Assembly: GCA_036273615.1 (NCBI GenBank)
Contig: DASUHH010000032.1
Span: forward strand, 798 to 64,797
DNA length: 64,000 nt
Reading direction: 5' to 3'
From: Allosphingosinicella sp.
GTDB taxonomy: Bacteria > Pseudomonadota > Alphaproteobacteria > Sphingomonadales > Sphingomonadaceae
Part shown: positions 9,130 to 18,539 of the stretch, one piece after another
Numbering within the stretch: the first letter of the stretch is position 1
How the letters are laid out: every line of letters starts with the position of its first letter
The notes under the pieces: generated by a model
What the model was told of the DNA's origin: nothing
Seen by the model: only the letters and a program-made list of their open reading frames with translations
Databases searched by the model: none
Made by a program: the position numbers and the translations under genes

Positions 9130-10575
9130 ATGATGCGGGCGACAGCGATTGCCGGCCTGGCCTTGGCGATCCCGCTTTGCGCGCCCGCGGGCGCCGCGGA
9201 GCCGGCCTGGTGGACCCAGCAGAAGCGCCAATGCGGCCTGGCGCCCAACCTTGCTTACAATGTCTGGGTCGCGCAGGGCTCGCCTTGCGCGGGTGCCTAC
9301 CGGCCCCCGCCCGATCCGCGCGTGGCGCTGCGGAGCCGAGTGCAGGCGCTCGCGGCGGCCGATCCGGAGCTTGTCGACGCCTCGGCGCTGGCGCAGACCG
9401 ATCTGTGGAACGACGAATCCTTCGCCGGTCTGGTCGCCCGCCTGCACCACGATCTCTGGCGCGCCTACGCCAATTCCGAGGTCGTCACCGCGGACTGGAG
9501 CCGCGTGACCCAATATTATGCACCCCATCTCGCCAGGCTCGAAGCCTTTGCAAGCAGCCTCGATGCCCGGCGTGCCGATGCCGTGCCGCCCCGCTATGTC
9601 GATGCCCTCGACCATGCCCGGGCGGTCGAGGCGGACGCCCAGCGGGCGCTCGCGCGAGCGCGGCAGCAGGCCGCCGACGAGAGCCTCGGCGCGACCTTCT
9701 CCGCCGCCTTGTGGGAAGACGCGCGCAATCGGACGCTCGCTTTGATGCGCGCCCGCTTCCTCAAAGCCGAAGGCCTGCCCGCGGCGACCGACGAGAATGG
9801 GCGGGGCGATCCCGGAGACCGCCTGCACGCTCCCGCCGGACCGTTTCACGAGCCCTGGCTCGGCCCCGAGCCGACGCCGCAGCAGGCGGCCGAAGGCGTG
9901 ATCGCGCCGGACTGGAATCCCGACGGCTTCCGCCAGGCCGTGCCGGCGCCCGAGCCGCCCCTGCCCGAGACGATCGACGACCGGGTCTCGGCGGTGGAAC
10001 GCCTCGCCGGCGAAGCCAGGGCGGCCGCATCGCGCGCGGCCGCGGCGGCGGCGGACGGCAGGCGGCTCGAGGAACGCTATCGATCCTATCTGCGGATCGC
10101 CGAAAAGGCGCAGGATGGGATCGCGCGGATGCAGACCGAGACCGATCTGTCGCAGCGGCGCACGACCTGGCTGGAGGCGGCGCGCCGCAACGCCGAGATG
10201 AAGGTCCGCAACGCCGTCTGGACCCGAGTCTATGCCACCGGCAAGGCGTTGGTCTGGTCCACGCTCGCGGACCGGATCGTTCCCGACACGCTGGCGGGGC
10301 TGGCGAACGATTCGCCGTTCGAGAAAGCCCGCAAGGTCAAGGCGCTGGTCGACCAGGTCCGCGGCATCGAGGGCGATTTCGAGCTTTATTCTTCCCAGGC
10401 CGCCCGGGTCCTCGCCGAGGGTTCGCCGGCCGAGGCGCGGCATCTGCTGGACGCGGTCTGGGCCGCCTCGCGCGCCGACGGCCGCGAGACCATGGAAAAG
10501 GCGCTGGACGCCGCCGATGCCCCCGCGGCGCTCGGCCAGGCCTGGCGCCGGCTGCTCGGCGATCCGCAGCCCTGA
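9130..10575 (+). CDS. hypothetical secreted, largely alpha-helical protein
   Basis: 481-aa ORF with RBS (GGAGGGG), Sec signal ending AGA-A and GC3-rich codons. It fills the gap between neighbouring genes. No family recognised. Confidence 0.7.
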   Translation: MMRATAIAGLALAIPLCAPAGAAEPAWWTQQKRQCGLAPNLAYNVWVAQGSPCAGAYRPPPDPRVALRSRVQALAAADPELVDASALAQTDLWNDESFAGLVARLHHDLWRAYANSEVVTADWSRVTQYYAPHLARLEAFASSLDARRADAVPPRYVDALDHARAVEADAQRALARARQQAADESLGATFSAALWEDARNRTLALMRARFLKAEGLPAATDENGRGDPGDRLHAPAGPFHEPWLGPEPTPQQAAEGVIAPDWNPDGFRQAVPAPEPPLPETIDDRVSAVERLAGEARAAASRAAAAAADGRRLEERYRSYLRIAEKAQDGIARMQTETDLSQRRTTWLEAARRNAEMKVRNAVWTRVYATGKALVWSTLADRIVPDTLAGLANDSPFEKARKVKALVDQVRGIEGDFELYSSQAARVLAEGSPAEARHLLDAVWAASRADGRETMEKALDAADAPAALGQAWRRLLGDPQP

Positions 10576-10618
10576 TTGGTGCGCGCGCTCTTCGCCTTCG
10601 GCCGATCCGAGCGGGATT

Positions 10619-11227
10619 TCAGATGCGGCTGACGCTTTCGAGCTGATCGCAGGGCAGAGGATCGATCAGGAAGATTCCGGCGCGGCCTTCGTCGGACCAG
10701 CGGACGACGCCGCGATGCTCGTTGCCGCCCGGAAACATCAATTTGGTGGGGATGCCGGGGCTGAAGCAGCCCTTGTGCGCAACGCCGACGCCCTGGCGCG
10801 AGATGTTGAACACGCGCACGCTGTGCATCCCGTCCTCGCAGAAAGCGATGGCGCGGGCATCGACGTCGAGCCGCAGCGCGCGATAGCCCTCCGCGCGCTG
10901 CTCCGCCGCGAGCCGCTGGAGCAGGGTGTCGCATTCGATCGGCCGGTCGAAGGTCGCGCCGCAGCGCCCGTCCTTCGCCCAGACCACCTTCGCCTTGACG
11001 GTGAAGGCGTCGGACAAGGCAATGGTCAGCCGCTCGCCCGGCGCGACCGGGAGGCCGGTGAGCAGCATCACGCCTTCATTGGAGATGTTGCAGACCCGCC
11101 AGAGCCCCGCGTCGCCGTCGCGCGTCACCCTCGCGAGACGAAAGATGGTGTGGATGCGCGGGCCGGCGCGCCGTTCGTCCGGCTCCAGGCCCTCATCCTG
11201 CTTCAATTTCCTCTGGATCGCGCCCAT
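10619..11227 (-). CDS. tandem PilZ domain protein
   Basis: RRxxPR then NISxxG in domain 1; RALRLDV then NISRQG in domain 2. Confidence 0.85.
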   Translation of the reverse strand: MGAIQRKLKQDEGLEPDERRAGPRIHTIFRLARVTRDGDAGLWRVCNISNEGVMLLTGLPVAPGERLTIALSDAFTVKAKVVWAKDGRCGATFDRPIECDTLLQRLAAEQRAEGYRALRLDVDARAIAFCEDGMHSVRVFNISRQGVGVAHKGCFSPGIPTKLMFPGGNEHRGVVRWSDEGRAGIFLIDPLPCDQLESVSRI

Positions 11228-11480
11228 GACCCCGCTCCTCCCGGATTACCACGAGAGCAGCAACCGACATAAGCCGATATTGTTCCATGAACGGAAATAT
11301 TTTTTTCAAATCATGCCTCAATAATTTTAAGGTGATGAGCGAAGAGGTCAGAATTAACCAACAGCATAGAGGGATATTTATATTCTGTTAACTATAATCG
11401 TTAGCCTGAATATCTTGCAATGATCGCCCCTGACTTTCACCTGGAATGAGCCGGGTCCGGGAGTTTTCGGTTCCTGCAAC

Positions 11481-11517
11481 GAAAAGGCCGGGCGAGGCGA
11501 GCCTCACCCGGCCTTCT
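11481..11517 (-). terminator. intrinsic terminator of the small gene at 11537-11785
   Basis: Minus strand GGCCGGGTGAGG-CTCG-CCTCGCCCGGCC followed by TTTTC. Confidence 0.75.
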
Positions 11518-11536
11518 CGTTTGCCGAGCGTGCCGC

Positions 11537-11785
11537 CTACGGGCTGGTCGGAAGATTGTGGTGATGGTGGTGGCGGGTCGCGATGATGATGACCGCGATG
11601 ATCGCCGCGATTCCGATCAACGGCAGGATGAAGCCTCCGCGCAGCTCGCTGCCGCCGGCGCTCTCGCCGGCCGGACTCACCTCGGCGGCCGCAATCCGCG
11701 GCGCACCCCGTTGCGCAGCGGCGACCGTCGGCGTCGCCATCAAGGCGATCGACGCGGTCGCAACGATAATCGATTTCAAATCCAC
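11537..11785 (-). CDS. small secreted/membrane protein with C-terminal His tract (82 aa)
   Basis: GTG start after GGGAGA, signal peptide, one hydrophobic helix, then RHHHHHNLPTSP. Has its own terminator. Confidence 0.7.
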   Translation of the reverse strand: MDLKSIIVATASIALMATPTVAAAQRGAPRIAAAEVSPAGESAGGSELRGGFILPLIGIAAIIAVIIIATRHHHHHNLPTSP

Positions 11786-12089
11786 GGTATTTTCTCCCTT
11801 CCTGCGCACTCCGAACACATCATTTTCCGAAACCCGAATAGCGGGACCGTCTCGCATGTCCATGGCGGAAGTGCTTGAAATTGGCCGAATGAACGCTTTT
11901 CCGGACAAGCGGCGGCGATGGCGGGCCCGCCGGCAACGAACGGGTCGCTCCCCCGGATCGCCAGCGGGCGCGATGAAGCCGCGCATCGCGCGCCATCCGC
12001 GAGGCGTTTGGCGGAGGGCGCTGTAAGCCGGCGTTCAGGCTCTTTTCCCCATCCTCTTCCGGCGCCGCGCGGATTGACATATCAATGAC

Positions 12090-12995
12090 ATGATCCCCGT
12101 GCATCGCATCGAGCCGCCGGGGGAGTGGCGCGCCTCCGGCCGCAACCCATTTTCCTTCTTTTCGGGTGTCCTTTTGCGTCTGGCCTTCACCTCCCCAGTG
12201 CCGCCCGAAAGCCCGCAGCCGCTGCTCCGCCGGCGCGCCACCGCGCTCATATTGGCGTTGATCGTCACCTTCCTGATGATCCTCGCCTTGTGGAGCCTGA
12301 ACGGCCGGGCGCCGGAGCGGCCGCGGCTCAAGGGCGCGACCATGCTCGACTTCAAGCCTGACGCCGACAATGAAGATGCCAGCGTGAAGCAGCAGCCGAC
12401 GAAAGCGCAGCCGCGCCAGGAGAAGCAGCCGACCCCGATCAAGCCGGCGCCACCGCCGCCGCGGCCTTCGCCGCTGCCGGTGGTGCACCCTTATTATATC
12501 CCCCTCACCAAGGACGAGAACGATTCGGCCGACATCGGCAGGATGGCCCATGCCGGTCCGCGCAGCGGGAGCGCCCAGGCCTCGATCGGCGCACCGGGGG
12601 ATTCGAGGCCGATCGGCACCGCGCCCGACGGCTCGCCGCTCTACGCGGCCGAATGGTATCGCGAGCCGACCGACGCCGAGCTCGATTTCTATCTCCCGAA
12701 GAACAGGAACATCCAGGGCTCCGGCTTCATCGCGTGCAAGACCATCGATCATCATCATGTCGACGATTGCGTCGAGCTTGGAAGCGTGCCCTCGCAAAGC
12801 CATCTCGCCAGTGCCGTCCGCCAGGCCGCGTGGCAATTCCTGGTCCGGGCGCCAAGGCTCGGCGGCAAGGAGCTGGTCGGGACCTGGGTCCGCATCCGCA
12901 TCGACTACGACATCCGCTACAAGGCCGAGGACAGGACCGACCGATCGGACGAGCCGCCGAAGCAGCCGGCCGATTCCACTTACATACCTTATTGA
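12090..12995 (+). CDS. TonB-like protein (TM anchor, Pro-rich linker, TonB C-terminal-like domain); start uncertain
   Basis: One TM helix, KPAPPPPRPSP linker, and C-terminal AVRQAAWQFLVRAPR..G..WVRIRIDY. Confidence 0.6.
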   Translation: MIPVHRIEPPGEWRASGRNPFSFFSGVLLRLAFTSPVPPESPQPLLRRRATALILALIVTFLMILALWSLNGRAPERPRLKGATMLDFKPDADNEDASVKQQPTKAQPRQEKQPTPIKPAPPPPRPSPLPVVHPYYIPLTKDENDSADIGRMAHAGPRSGSAQASIGAPGDSRPIGTAPDGSPLYAAEWYREPTDAELDFYLPKNRNIQGSGFIACKTIDHHHVDDCVELGSVPSQSHLASAVRQAAWQFLVRAPRLGGKELVGTWVRIRIDYDIRYKAEDRTDRSDEPPKQPADSTYIPY

Positions 12996-13071
12996 ACCGG
13001 CCCGTTCGCAGGGGCTTTCCCACGGCTACATGATAGCGCTACCATGCACGCAAGGAGAGGGAGCGGCCGGC

Positions 13072-15702
13072 ATGGAAAAAAGCATCGCAACCTGGATGAT
13101 CGCGGCGGCCGGCGCCCTGCTCGCGACCGGCGCCGCCGGAGCCCCGGACAAGCCGAAGCCGCTTTACATGAACCCCGCGCTTCCGGCGGAGGCGCGCGCC
13201 GCCGATCTCGTCCACCGCATGACGCTCCCCGAAAAGGCGTCGCAGCTCGTCAACCATGCCCGCGCCATCCCGCGCCTCGGCGTTCCCGCCTACGATTGGT
13301 GGAGCGAGGCGCTGCACGGCGTCGCGGTCGACGGCACCACCGAATATCCCGAGCCGATCGGCCTCGCCGCCACCTTCGACGCGCCCGGCATCCGCCAGAT
13401 GGCCGAGCAGATCGGCGTCGAAGGCCGGATCAGGCACGAGGCGGACGTCCGCGCCGGCCATAGCTCGACGATGGAGGGGCTCGATTTCTGGGCGCCCAAC
13501 GTCAACATCTTCCGCGATCCGCGCTGGGGCCGCGGCCAGGAAACCTATGGCGAGGACCCGTTCCTCACCGGCCGCATGGCCGTCGCCTACGTCACCGGAA
13601 TGCAGGGCGACGACCCGCTCCACTATCGCGCCATCTCCACGCCCAAGCATTTCGCCGTCCATAGCGGGCCCGAGCCGACCCGCCATTTCGCCGACATCGA
13701 CGTCAGCAGGCACGATATCGAGGACACCTACCTCCCCGCCTTCCGCGCCGCGATCACCGAGGGCCATGCCGGGTCGATCATGTGCGCCTATAATGGCGTG
13801 AAGGGCGAGCCGGCCTGCGCCAATCAGTTCCTGCTGCAGCACACGCTCCGCGGCGCGTGGCGCTTCGGGGGCTATGTGGTCTCCGATTGCGGCGCGGTGC
13901 ACGACATATTCGAAGGCCATCATTACCGGCCGAGCCAGCCCCAGGCCTCCGCCATCTCGCTCGCGCGCGGCATGGACAATGAATGCATCACCTTCGGCGA
14001 CGTCACCGGCGACGCCGACTACAAGCCCTATATCGAGGCGGTCCATGAGGGCGTGCTCGCCGAGAGCGCGATCGACACCGCCCTCATCCGCCTGTTCACC
14101 GCGCGAATCCGGCTCGGCATGTTCGATCCGCCGTCGATGGCCCCCTATTCGCGGATCGACCCGCATGAGCTCGACAGCCCCGCCCACCGGCAATGGGCCT
14201 TGCACCTCGCCGAGGAATCGATGGTGCTTCTCAAGAATGACGGCGTGCTGCCGCTGAAGGGGGCGAAGCGAATCGCGATCGTCGGCCCGCTCGCCGACCA
14301 GAAAGCCGTTTTGCTCGGCAATTATAACGGCCAGCCGACGCGTACCGTCACGATCCTGGAAGGAATGAAGGCCGCCTTTCCAGGCGCGACCATCACCTAC
14401 GTCCCGGGAACGCAATTCCTTTCCGACGCCGGCGCGGTGGTGCCCGCCTCGTCGCTTGCCACGGCGGACGGGAAGCCCGGCCTTCGCGCGGACTATCGCG
14501 CGGGCGAGCACGAGGATTCGGGCGCGGCCCCGATCGTCTCCCGGGTCGAGGCGGGCGTCGGCCTCGACGCGGACAATGTCCCGTCCGCCCTGCGCGGCAA
14601 GCCGTTCAACACAAGCTGGACCGGAACGCTGACCGCGCCCGCGAGCGGCGACTATCGGCTCGGAATCAAGGCTGCGGGCTTCGCTCATGTCCGCGTTGAC
14701 GGCCGGATGCTCGTCCAGACCTATGGCGGCACCAGGCTCGGCCGGATTCATCTGGAGAAGGGCCAGCCAGTCAGCCTCGAGGTCGCCTATCGCACCAGGC
14801 CCGGCGGTGCGCCGGCGGCGCAGCTCATCTGGGCGCCGGTGAACGACGTGCCCGATCCCGCCGCCGCCGCCGCCGCGCGGGACGCCGACGTCGTGGTCGC
14901 GGTCGTCGGGATCAGCAGCACGCTCGAGGGCGAGGAGATGCCGGTGAGCGAGCCCGGCTTCCAGGGCGGGGACCGGACCAGCCTCGACATCCCGGCGCCC
15001 GAGGAAGCGCTCGTCCGCGCCGTCGCCGCCGCCGGCAAGCCGCTTGTCGTCGTGCTGACGAGCGGCAGCGCGCTCGCCGCCCGATGGGAAAAGGCGCATG
15101 CCGATGCGATCCTCGAAGCCTGGTATCCGGGCGAGGAAGGCGGAAGCGCGGTCGCGAACATCCTGAGCGGTGCGGCCAACCCGTCGGGCCGCCTTCCGGT
15201 CACCTTCTACGAGGATGTGAGCCAGCTTCCCAATTTCGAGGATTATTCGATGCGGGGACGGACCTACCGCTATTTCGCCGGCACCCCGCTCTGGCCGTTC
15301 GGCTACGGCCTCAGCTACACGAGCTTCACTTATGGCGACCTCGCTTTGCCCAAGGCGCCGATCCGCGCCGGAGCGCCGCTCCACGCCTCGGTCCGCGTGA
15401 CCAATAGCGGCCAGGCGGCGGGCGACGAAGTGGTCCAGCTCTACCTAAAATTCCCGAATGTGCCCGGCGCCCCGATCCGCGCGCTGCGCGGCTTCCGCCG
15501 CATCCACCTCGCCCCGGGCGCGAGCGAGACGGTGACCTTCGACCTCACGCCGCGCGACCTTTCCATGGTCAACACGGCCGGCGACATCATCGTCCCCGCG
15601 GGCCGCTACAACGTCTCGATCGGCGGCGGCCAGCCCGGCTCCGGCCTGCCCGCCGCCACCGGCGCCTTCTCCTTGACCGGCCAGGCGACGCTGCCGGAAT
15701 AA
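13072..15702 (+). CDS. GH3 beta-glucosidase/xylosidase with PA14 insertion and FnIII-like C-terminus
   Basis: WWSEALHG, RDPRWGRGQETYGEDP, KHFAVH, GYVVSDC nucleophile, EGEE acid/base region, SGRLPVTFY and FGYGLSYT. Confidence 0.95.
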   Translation: MEKSIATWMIAAAGALLATGAAGAPDKPKPLYMNPALPAEARAADLVHRMTLPEKASQLVNHARAIPRLGVPAYDWWSEALHGVAVDGTTEYPEPIGLAATFDAPGIRQMAEQIGVEGRIRHEADVRAGHSSTMEGLDFWAPNVNIFRDPRWGRGQETYGEDPFLTGRMAVAYVTGMQGDDPLHYRAISTPKHFAVHSGPEPTRHFADIDVSRHDIEDTYLPAFRAAITEGHAGSIMCAYNGVKGEPACANQFLLQHTLRGAWRFGGYVVSDCGAVHDIFEGHHYRPSQPQASAISLARGMDNECITFGDVTGDADYKPYIEAVHEGVLAESAIDTALIRLFTARIRLGMFDPPSMAPYSRIDPHELDSPAHRQWALHLAEESMVLLKNDGVLPLKGAKRIAIVGPLADQKAVLLGNYNGQPTRTVTILEGMKAAFPGATITYVPGTQFLSDAGAVVPASSLATADGKPGLRADYRAGEHEDSGAAPIVSRVEAGVGLDADNVPSALRGKPFNTSWTGTLTAPASGDYRLGIKAAGFAHVRVDGRMLVQTYGGTRLGRIHLEKGQPVSLEVAYRTRPGGAPAAQLIWAPVNDVPDPAAAAAARDADVVVAVVGISSTLEGEEMPVSEPGFQGGDRTSLDIPAPEEALVRAVAAAGKPLVVVLTSGSALAARWEKAHADAILEAWYPGEEGGSAVANILSGAANPSGRLPVTFYEDVSQLPNFEDYSMRGRTYRYFAGTPLWPFGYGLSYTSFTYGDLALPKAPIRAGAPLHASVRVTNSGQAAGDEVVQLYLKFPNVPGAPIRALRGFRRIHLAPGASETVTFDLTPRDLSMVNTAGDIIVPAGRYNVSIGGGQPGSGLPAATGAFSLTGQATLPE

Positions 15703-15897
15703 TCCGGGATCCGCGGCCGCTTGTGCTTCATCCGCAATCGCTGTCATGGGGCAATGACGAACCCGGCCCCGCGATCCGTTGGAAAGAGAGGCCTTCCGCA
15801 GCCGCCTCCGCCTCACGGACGCCGCCGTCGGCAAGCTCCTGCGCCTGTTCGACGACACCTCGCCGCCCCGGCTGAACGCTCACCAGGGTCCGGATCC

Positions 15898-16001
15898 TAG
15901 AGCGGCCTGCGATTAACTTGAATCGCAGGCCGCTCTATAAGTCCTTGTTGTCGCGTTGCTTTTTGCGAAAGCCGGTACCCACCTTTTCGCGCAACGCTCT
16001 A
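15898..16001. mobile_element. TA-flanked palindromic MITE-like element (CIR/BRU-RS-like)
   Basis: TAGAGCG...CGCTCTA termini and a perfect 17-bp internal palindrome, TAGAGCGGCCTGCGATT/AATCGCAGGCCGCTCTA. Confidence 0.8.
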
Positions 16002-17840
16002 AGGCCGCGGCATCATTGCGACGATCTCCTCCGCGGCGTCGGGGGTCAGATGGCCGTAGTCGAAATGGATGGGCTGGCCGGTGGCGGTGAGCATGAAGCA
16101 GGGCCGCGCCGGCGGGCATTCGGCGCGATAGGCGGAGAAATAGCGCCCGCCGGCGCCGCGAACGATCGCCGCCATCGCGCGGTCGAGCCGCTCCCGCGCC
16201 GGCACGCGGCCGTCGTCATAGATGCGGCGGTCGTGCGCCAGCATGGACCTCGCCAGCAATTCGGGGACGGACGGCTGATATTCGACGACCGGGCCGACCA
16301 CCAGCACGTCGATCCCGGCGGCGCGGAGGCCGGCGACCACCGGCCGCAATTTCTCCGCTTCGTCCGGCCACCAGCGCGAGGCGAGGATCACCCCGTCGAC
16401 ATGCTCCTTCCTCGCCAGATCCAGCGCCTCGAGCGCCCGGCGGTCGCATCGCCCGCCTCCGCCGATGCTGCCGCCCTTCGGCCGGCAGGCCGTCCGCATC
16501 GAGACGAGGAAGTGGATGTCGGGGAAGCGCTCGACCAGGGCCGTCCAATATTGGGCGGCATGGCTGTCGCCGGCGAGCAGGACGTTGCGCCGGCCGGGGA
16601 CGATTCGAAGGCAGGTCGTCTGCCTCGGAATGCCGGCCGGCCGGCAGGACGGATCATAGGGGTCGACCGGAATCCTGAGCTTGTGCGGAACGGCGAGGAT
16701 GCGCGCCACGGCGGGCGGCAGCCGGCGCACATGCGGCGGATGGTGGATCGCCGCATAGGCAAGGCCCGCCGTCGCCAGGCAGGCGAGCGCTCCGCCGGCG
16801 AGCACCGGCAGCGGCGGTCCCTTGCGCAGCCGCCGGCGCAGCGGACGCTCGACCGCGAAGAAGGAGAAAGCGGCGAGCGCGAAGGACAGGGCGATCAGCA
16901 GCACCTGCGTGCCCGGCGTCAGCTCGAAGCGGACGAACAGGCGCCAGAAGGCAAGGATCGGCCAATGCCAGAGATAGAGCGAATAAGAGAGCCGGCCGAT
17001 CGCCCGCATCGGCGCGATTGCGAGCAGCCGGCCGGCCGCGCTCCCCTCCGCCGCGACGAGCAGGATGGCGGTCGCGACCGTCGGCGGCAGAGCCGCGGGA
17101 AAGGGCGAAACCCACGCCCCGCCGAAGACGATCGACAGGAGCAGGAGGACGAGCGCGAGCGCGGCCAACAGCGCGCGCACCCGCCGGCCGCGCGGCGCCG
17201 GCACCAGGCCCGCCGCGGCGAGGCCGCCGAGGCCGAGCTCCCAGAAACGCGCCGGCAGCAGGTAGAAGGCCGCGCTCGGCTTCGCCGCGGCGAAGGCGGC
17301 GGCGAGCGCCAAAGAAGCGATGCTCGCCGCCGCGATCAGGGCCGTCCGCTTGTACCGCCCCCGCAGCGGGACGAGCAGCAGCAAGGGATAGAGAAGATAG
17401 AATTGCTCCTCGACGCCGAGCGACCAGCTGTGGAGCAGAGGCTGGACCTCGGACAGCGGCGCGAAATAGGGGTTGTTGCGCCAGAAGAAGAGGTTGGAGA
17501 GGAAGAGCGGAGCCGCCACGCCGGATCCGCGCAGAGTCGCGAGCTCGGACGGAAAGGCCATGACCAGCCAGGCCGCGAGCACGCAAAGGGTGACGAAGAG
17601 CAGGGCCGGAACGATCCGCGCCACCCGCCGCCGCCAGAAGGCCCAGAGCGAGAAATGCCCCTCCGCCATCTCGCGCAGCAGGATCCCGGTGATCAGGAAG
17701 CCCGACAGGGTGAAGAAGATGTCGACGCCGAGGAACCCGCCGCCGAACGGCGGCACGCCGGCATGGAAGAGGATGACCGCGAGCACCGCCACCGCCCGCA
17801 GCCCCTCGATGTCGCCCCGATAGCGCGGTCCGCCGTCCAT
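15999..17840 (-). CDS. acyltransferase family 3 protein with C-terminal SGNH domain (OafA/OatA-like)
   Basis: YRGDIEGLRAVAV, GGFLGVDIFFTLSGFLIT, HSWSLGVEEQFY, SYSLYLWHWP, then GDSHA and D..HLT. Confidence 0.93.
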   Translation of the reverse strand: MDGGPRYRGDIEGLRAVAVLAVILFHAGVPPFGGGFLGVDIFFTLSGFLITGILLREMAEGHFSLWAFWRRRVARIVPALLFVTLCVLAAWLVMAFPSELATLRGSGVAAPLFLSNLFFWRNNPYFAPLSEVQPLLHSWSLGVEEQFYLLYPLLLLVPLRGRYKRTALIAAASIASLALAAAFAAAKPSAAFYLLPARFWELGLGGLAAAGLVPAPRGRRVRALLAALALVLLLLSIVFGGAWVSPFPAALPPTVATAILLVAAEGSAAGRLLAIAPMRAIGRLSYSLYLWHWPILAFWRLFVRFELTPGTQVLLIALSFALAAFSFFAVERPLRRRLRKGPPLPVLAGGALACLATAGLAYAAIHHPPHVRRLPPAVARILAVPHKLRIPVDPYDPSCRPAGIPRQTTCLRIVPGRRNVLLAGDSHAAQYWTALVERFPDIHFLVSMRTACRPKGGSIGGGGRCDRRALEALDLARKEHVDGVILASRWWPDEAEKLRPVVAGLRAAGIDVLVVGPVVEYQPSVPELLARSMLAHDRRIYDDGRVPARERLDRAMAAIVRGAGGRYFSAYRAECPPARPCFMLTATGQPIHFDYGHLTPDAAEEIVAMMPRP

Positions 17841-17851
17841 CGGATGCGGTG

Positions 17852-18538
17852 CTAGCCGTGCGCGGCCCCCCGGGAAAGGCCGTCCCGCGGCCGAATCCCC
17901 GCCGGCATCATCGCGCCGAGGGCGAGCGCCACCGACTGGGGGGAGTAGATTGCGGCCAGGGCCTCGTCGACGCTTCGCTCGACCAGCAGCCGCGCCTCGC
18001 GGCGCGCGGGCGCGCGGCGCGGCGGCAGCAAGGGGCGGAGCGCGAACTCGGCCTGGAGCCGCTCGACGAAGGCCCGGGTGCCGCTCGACCGGATCTCGAG
18101 CCGGCCGCCGCCGCGAATCCCGGCCTGGCGGACGATGCGGGCCAATCGCTCGCGCGCCGGCTCGGCGATGCCGCGTTCGTGCAAGGCGGCGAGCCACGGC
18201 CAGCCGGGTCCCTCGCGCATCACCAAAGTGACGAGCCGGCGATAATCGTCGGACCCGAACAGAGCGGCGCAGGCCAGAGCATGGCGCCGGACCGAGGCGC
18301 GCAGCGGCAAGGCCGGCGGCGGCGCTGCGAACGGCGCGGCGAGCGTCCGGATCGATGCCGTGGCGGCGAGCCGGCCGAGCGTCTCGACATCCTCATACCA
18401 ATGGACGGCCAGCGCCGGCGCCACGCCCGCCGCCCCGGCAATGGCGGCGAGCCCCGGCCGCTCGGCCCCCGGCTCGGTCAGCAGCCGGAAGGCGGCCCGC
18501 AGCAATCGCGCCGCCGCCTCCGCACCGATCTCTCGCAC
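17852..18538 (-). CDS. divergent TetR/AcrR-like protein
   Basis: Weak HTH (AAIAGAAGVAPALAVHWY) and a C-terminus resembling the TetR ligand domain. GTG start lies 1 nt after the receptor stop. Confidence 0.55.
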   Translation of the reverse strand: MREIGAEAAARLLRAAFRLLTEPGAERPGLAAIAGAAGVAPALAVHWYEDVETLGRLAATASIRTLAAPFAAPPPALPLRASVRRHALACAALFGSDDYRRLVTLVMREGPGWPWLAALHERGIAEPARERLARIVRQAGIRGGGRLEIRSSGTRAFVERLQAEFALRPLLPPRRAPARREARLLVERSVDEALAAIYSPQSVALALGAMMPAGIRPRDGLSRGAAHG

Positions 18539-18539
18539 C

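Noticed and set aside
7983-10646. 887-aa plus-strand Arg/Gly/Pro-rich ORF
   Set aside because: Alternative frame over DUF3667 and the 481-aa gene, with low-complexity off-frame composition.
15781-15918. 46-codon TTG ORF (LEREAFRSRLRLTDAAVGKLL...) running into the MITE
   Set aside because: It could be a truncated gene remnant, but it has no clear RBS or recognisable family, so it is unsupported.
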